64,000 nucleotides of DNA, taken from the NCBI GenBank assembly GCA_964187785.1, contig OZ076409.1, positions 86,244,001-86,308,000 of the forward strand, in the 5' to 3' direction. The position numbers and the translations under genes are program-made. The number at the start of each line of letters is the position of its first letter. The stretch's first letter is position 1. Shown here in pieces: positions 62,030 through 64,000 of this stretch. A model generated the notes under the pieces. The model was given only the letters and a program-made list of their open reading frames with translations. It searched no databases and was not told the DNA's origin. Source of the stretch: Amphiscolops sp. MND2022. Taxonomy: Eukaryota.

Positions 62030-62165
62030 GTCGAGTAGAGCGAAAGTTCTGTTGAACCCTGGACTGAAGAAGCCGTTTGTGGAGATCCTAGAAGACTTGG
62101 CTGCAGATTTGATCATGTCTGCACCCGCTGCTACCAAACTGTTCACTGCCAAAACCGGAGAACGG
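62030..62165 (+). CDS. Doublecortin-domain protein, exon 6 (DCX domain 2); gene continues beyond the window
   Basis: AATTAG| acceptor; RAKVLLNPGLKKPFVEILEDL...KLFTAKTGER resembles DCX2 RVLLNKKTAHSFEQVLTDI...KLYTLDG; CGG|GTACC donor. Confidence 0.85.
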
Positions 62166-62265
62166 GTACCACCTCTTTACCTTCTGGAAACATGATTTCT
62201 TTAACAACCTGTTCTGAGTTTAAATGAAATACATAGATAATTATCGACCCTTCAGGGAAATTCGT

Positions 62266-64000
62266 TGTTGATTTCATCTTATGTCGCCGCTTTATAAAAT
62301 AAAACTATGATAATAAGACTATATGTTTTAATCTCAATCATATTTTAAAAAACAAGAGAGGGTAATACTGTATTCGAACGTTTCTCAAAGGTATACAAAT
62401 AGAGTATGTTCGCGTAGCTAAGAGTGTTGTGGCAGGTATTTTAATAAGATTACATAATGTTATGTAAGTTAGTCTGACCTCTAGACTCACTCCACATTCC
62501 CCCCTTTTGGGTAATATTATAAATAACATAAATGTAACGTCATGTAGGCAAGTTAAATACAACTGTACTTATACAAATAGCATCTGTCAGTGGTGTTTTA
62601 TAGTTTTTCTCCTTCACTACCGGTGAATGTTTATGAGGCTTCAGATCCTCTCTGTTCTTCTTTCTGCTTTCTGTTCTATTTCGCAAACTGTCCCGTTAGT
62701 CATCTCTACGGTGTTTCCTGCAAATACTAGTATATTGGTATAGTATATTAGTATATTGGTAAAATATTAGTATATTAGCAAATATTAGTTATTGGATTTC
62801 CTAATCTAATTATTGGATTAGAGGTTTTGATACGAGTTGATCTTCGAACTTGTACATTATTATTTTCTGGTTCTGCTATTTCCGTTTCTATATTATAGTT
62901 ACCATCATTACCGTTGTTGTCGACGATGGTTATGTTGTTAGGCTCCTCGTTTATTGTTTTGATCGCTTGTTGCAGCTGGTCCTCGTTCATGTTTTCCACA
63001 TGCATTTCCAAGTTGCTTTCCCCGGCGTGTTTGGTTTTCTGTTTTTGGGCCGTTTTGACTTTCCTCCTCCAATTTGTATTGGTGCTGCAAAATCAAACTT
63101 ATCATCTAGAGTGTCGATTGATGTACTGCGAGTGCTCAGTTCTTGTTCTTCCGTCTCCTCTATTTTTTCTGGTTCTTCTTCTTCGGTGTCTTCTTCGATT
63201 GGTGGTGATGTCTGTATAGCAAACTTTCCATCCGGTCCTCTCCTGTTTTTCACCGTCGAGATAGGGATTCTGAAATGAAGTTGGTAACCTGTCACTAATT
63301 AATTTTCGAAGTATAATCTTGTTTGTGTCCGTGGTTATTGTGTGCTTTGTTCCCGCTGTGGCTGTTGGTGGTTTTGTTTCGCAATTACTTTCAAACTTGT
63401 TTTTGTTTTGTTTTTTTTTAGGAATTAGTATGGAAATTTGTTACTAACGTCGCATTTCAATTTTCGTGGTGCCTTCATTATCGACTGGTCGTACTCGCTA
63501 TCTCCGTTGTTGATTGACTACACTTGGAGGATTTCCGGTCGTGCTGAAACAATTTCATTCATATCCGTTGGTAAGTTTAAATTGCTTGTTACTTCCGTTC
63601 TTAGCTATCTTCCGTGGTGTCTTTCGAAAGGCGTTTCTTTTATGCTTGAGTGGACCGTCGTGCGCATGACTGTTAGAGATCGGCTTAGCGCTTCGCTTAC
63701 AGTACATTTAAATTCCAGACTTTTTATTAGTCAGTTTTTGTGCCTCGTTCGACTAACCCAATTGCTGTGTGAATATATGGCGTGCCATATACTAGTTTTA
63801 TGTTTAGTTTTTTGCATACTGATCTAAATTCGTTTCCAGTAAAGGCCGTGCCTTTATCCGTTCTGATAGTTTGCGGAATACCATTTAGTAGGATATAATA
63901 ATCCAGAAAAGTTTTTGCAGTTTTCCGGTTGGTGCCTCGCATATACAAGCTGCCGGTCACCTGGAGTATCGGTCGATGGAAATTAGAATAGAGAAACTCC
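62266..64000 (-). mobile_element. 3' end of a minus-strand Ty3/Gypsy element (integrase remnants, PPT, 3' LTR); continues off the right edge
   Basis: GIPQTIRTDKGTAF...GLVERG integrase core at 63727-63960; PPT at 62497-62508; LTR starts TGTGGAG at 62496; distal LTR end uncertain (62266 or 62324). Confidence 0.85.

Overview
AT-rich eukaryotic (animal-like) DNA dominated by Ty3/Gypsy LTR retroelements; all calls were made by eye, without database searches. From left to right: (1) the 5' part of a decayed minus-strand Gypsy element (1-3521); (2) dispersed AT-rich repeats; (3) a rearranged non-autonomous LTR element with ~2-kb LTRs (8562-16397) whose LTRs hold a 47-bp hairpin array and whose internal region encodes a MATH/TRAF-like protein instead of gag/pol; (4) a 24-kb Gypsy element (16694-40673; 1.7-kb LTRs, CTATT target-site duplication). 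In this element gag starts inside the LTR, pol is tandemly duplicated, a spliced ANTISENSE gene encodes a BED-finger hAT-transposase-like protein (also partly duplicated), and an extra sense ORF runs into the 3' LTR; (5) a host gene with tandem doublecortin (DCX) domains (six exons, 47415-62165, continuing past the window), whose introns hold a full Gypsy element, a solo LTR and the 3' end of another Gypsy element. The best candidate for an undescribed system is the Gypsy lineage carrying an intron-containing, apparently non-catalytic hAT-derived accessory gene; the MATH-carrying LTR element is second.
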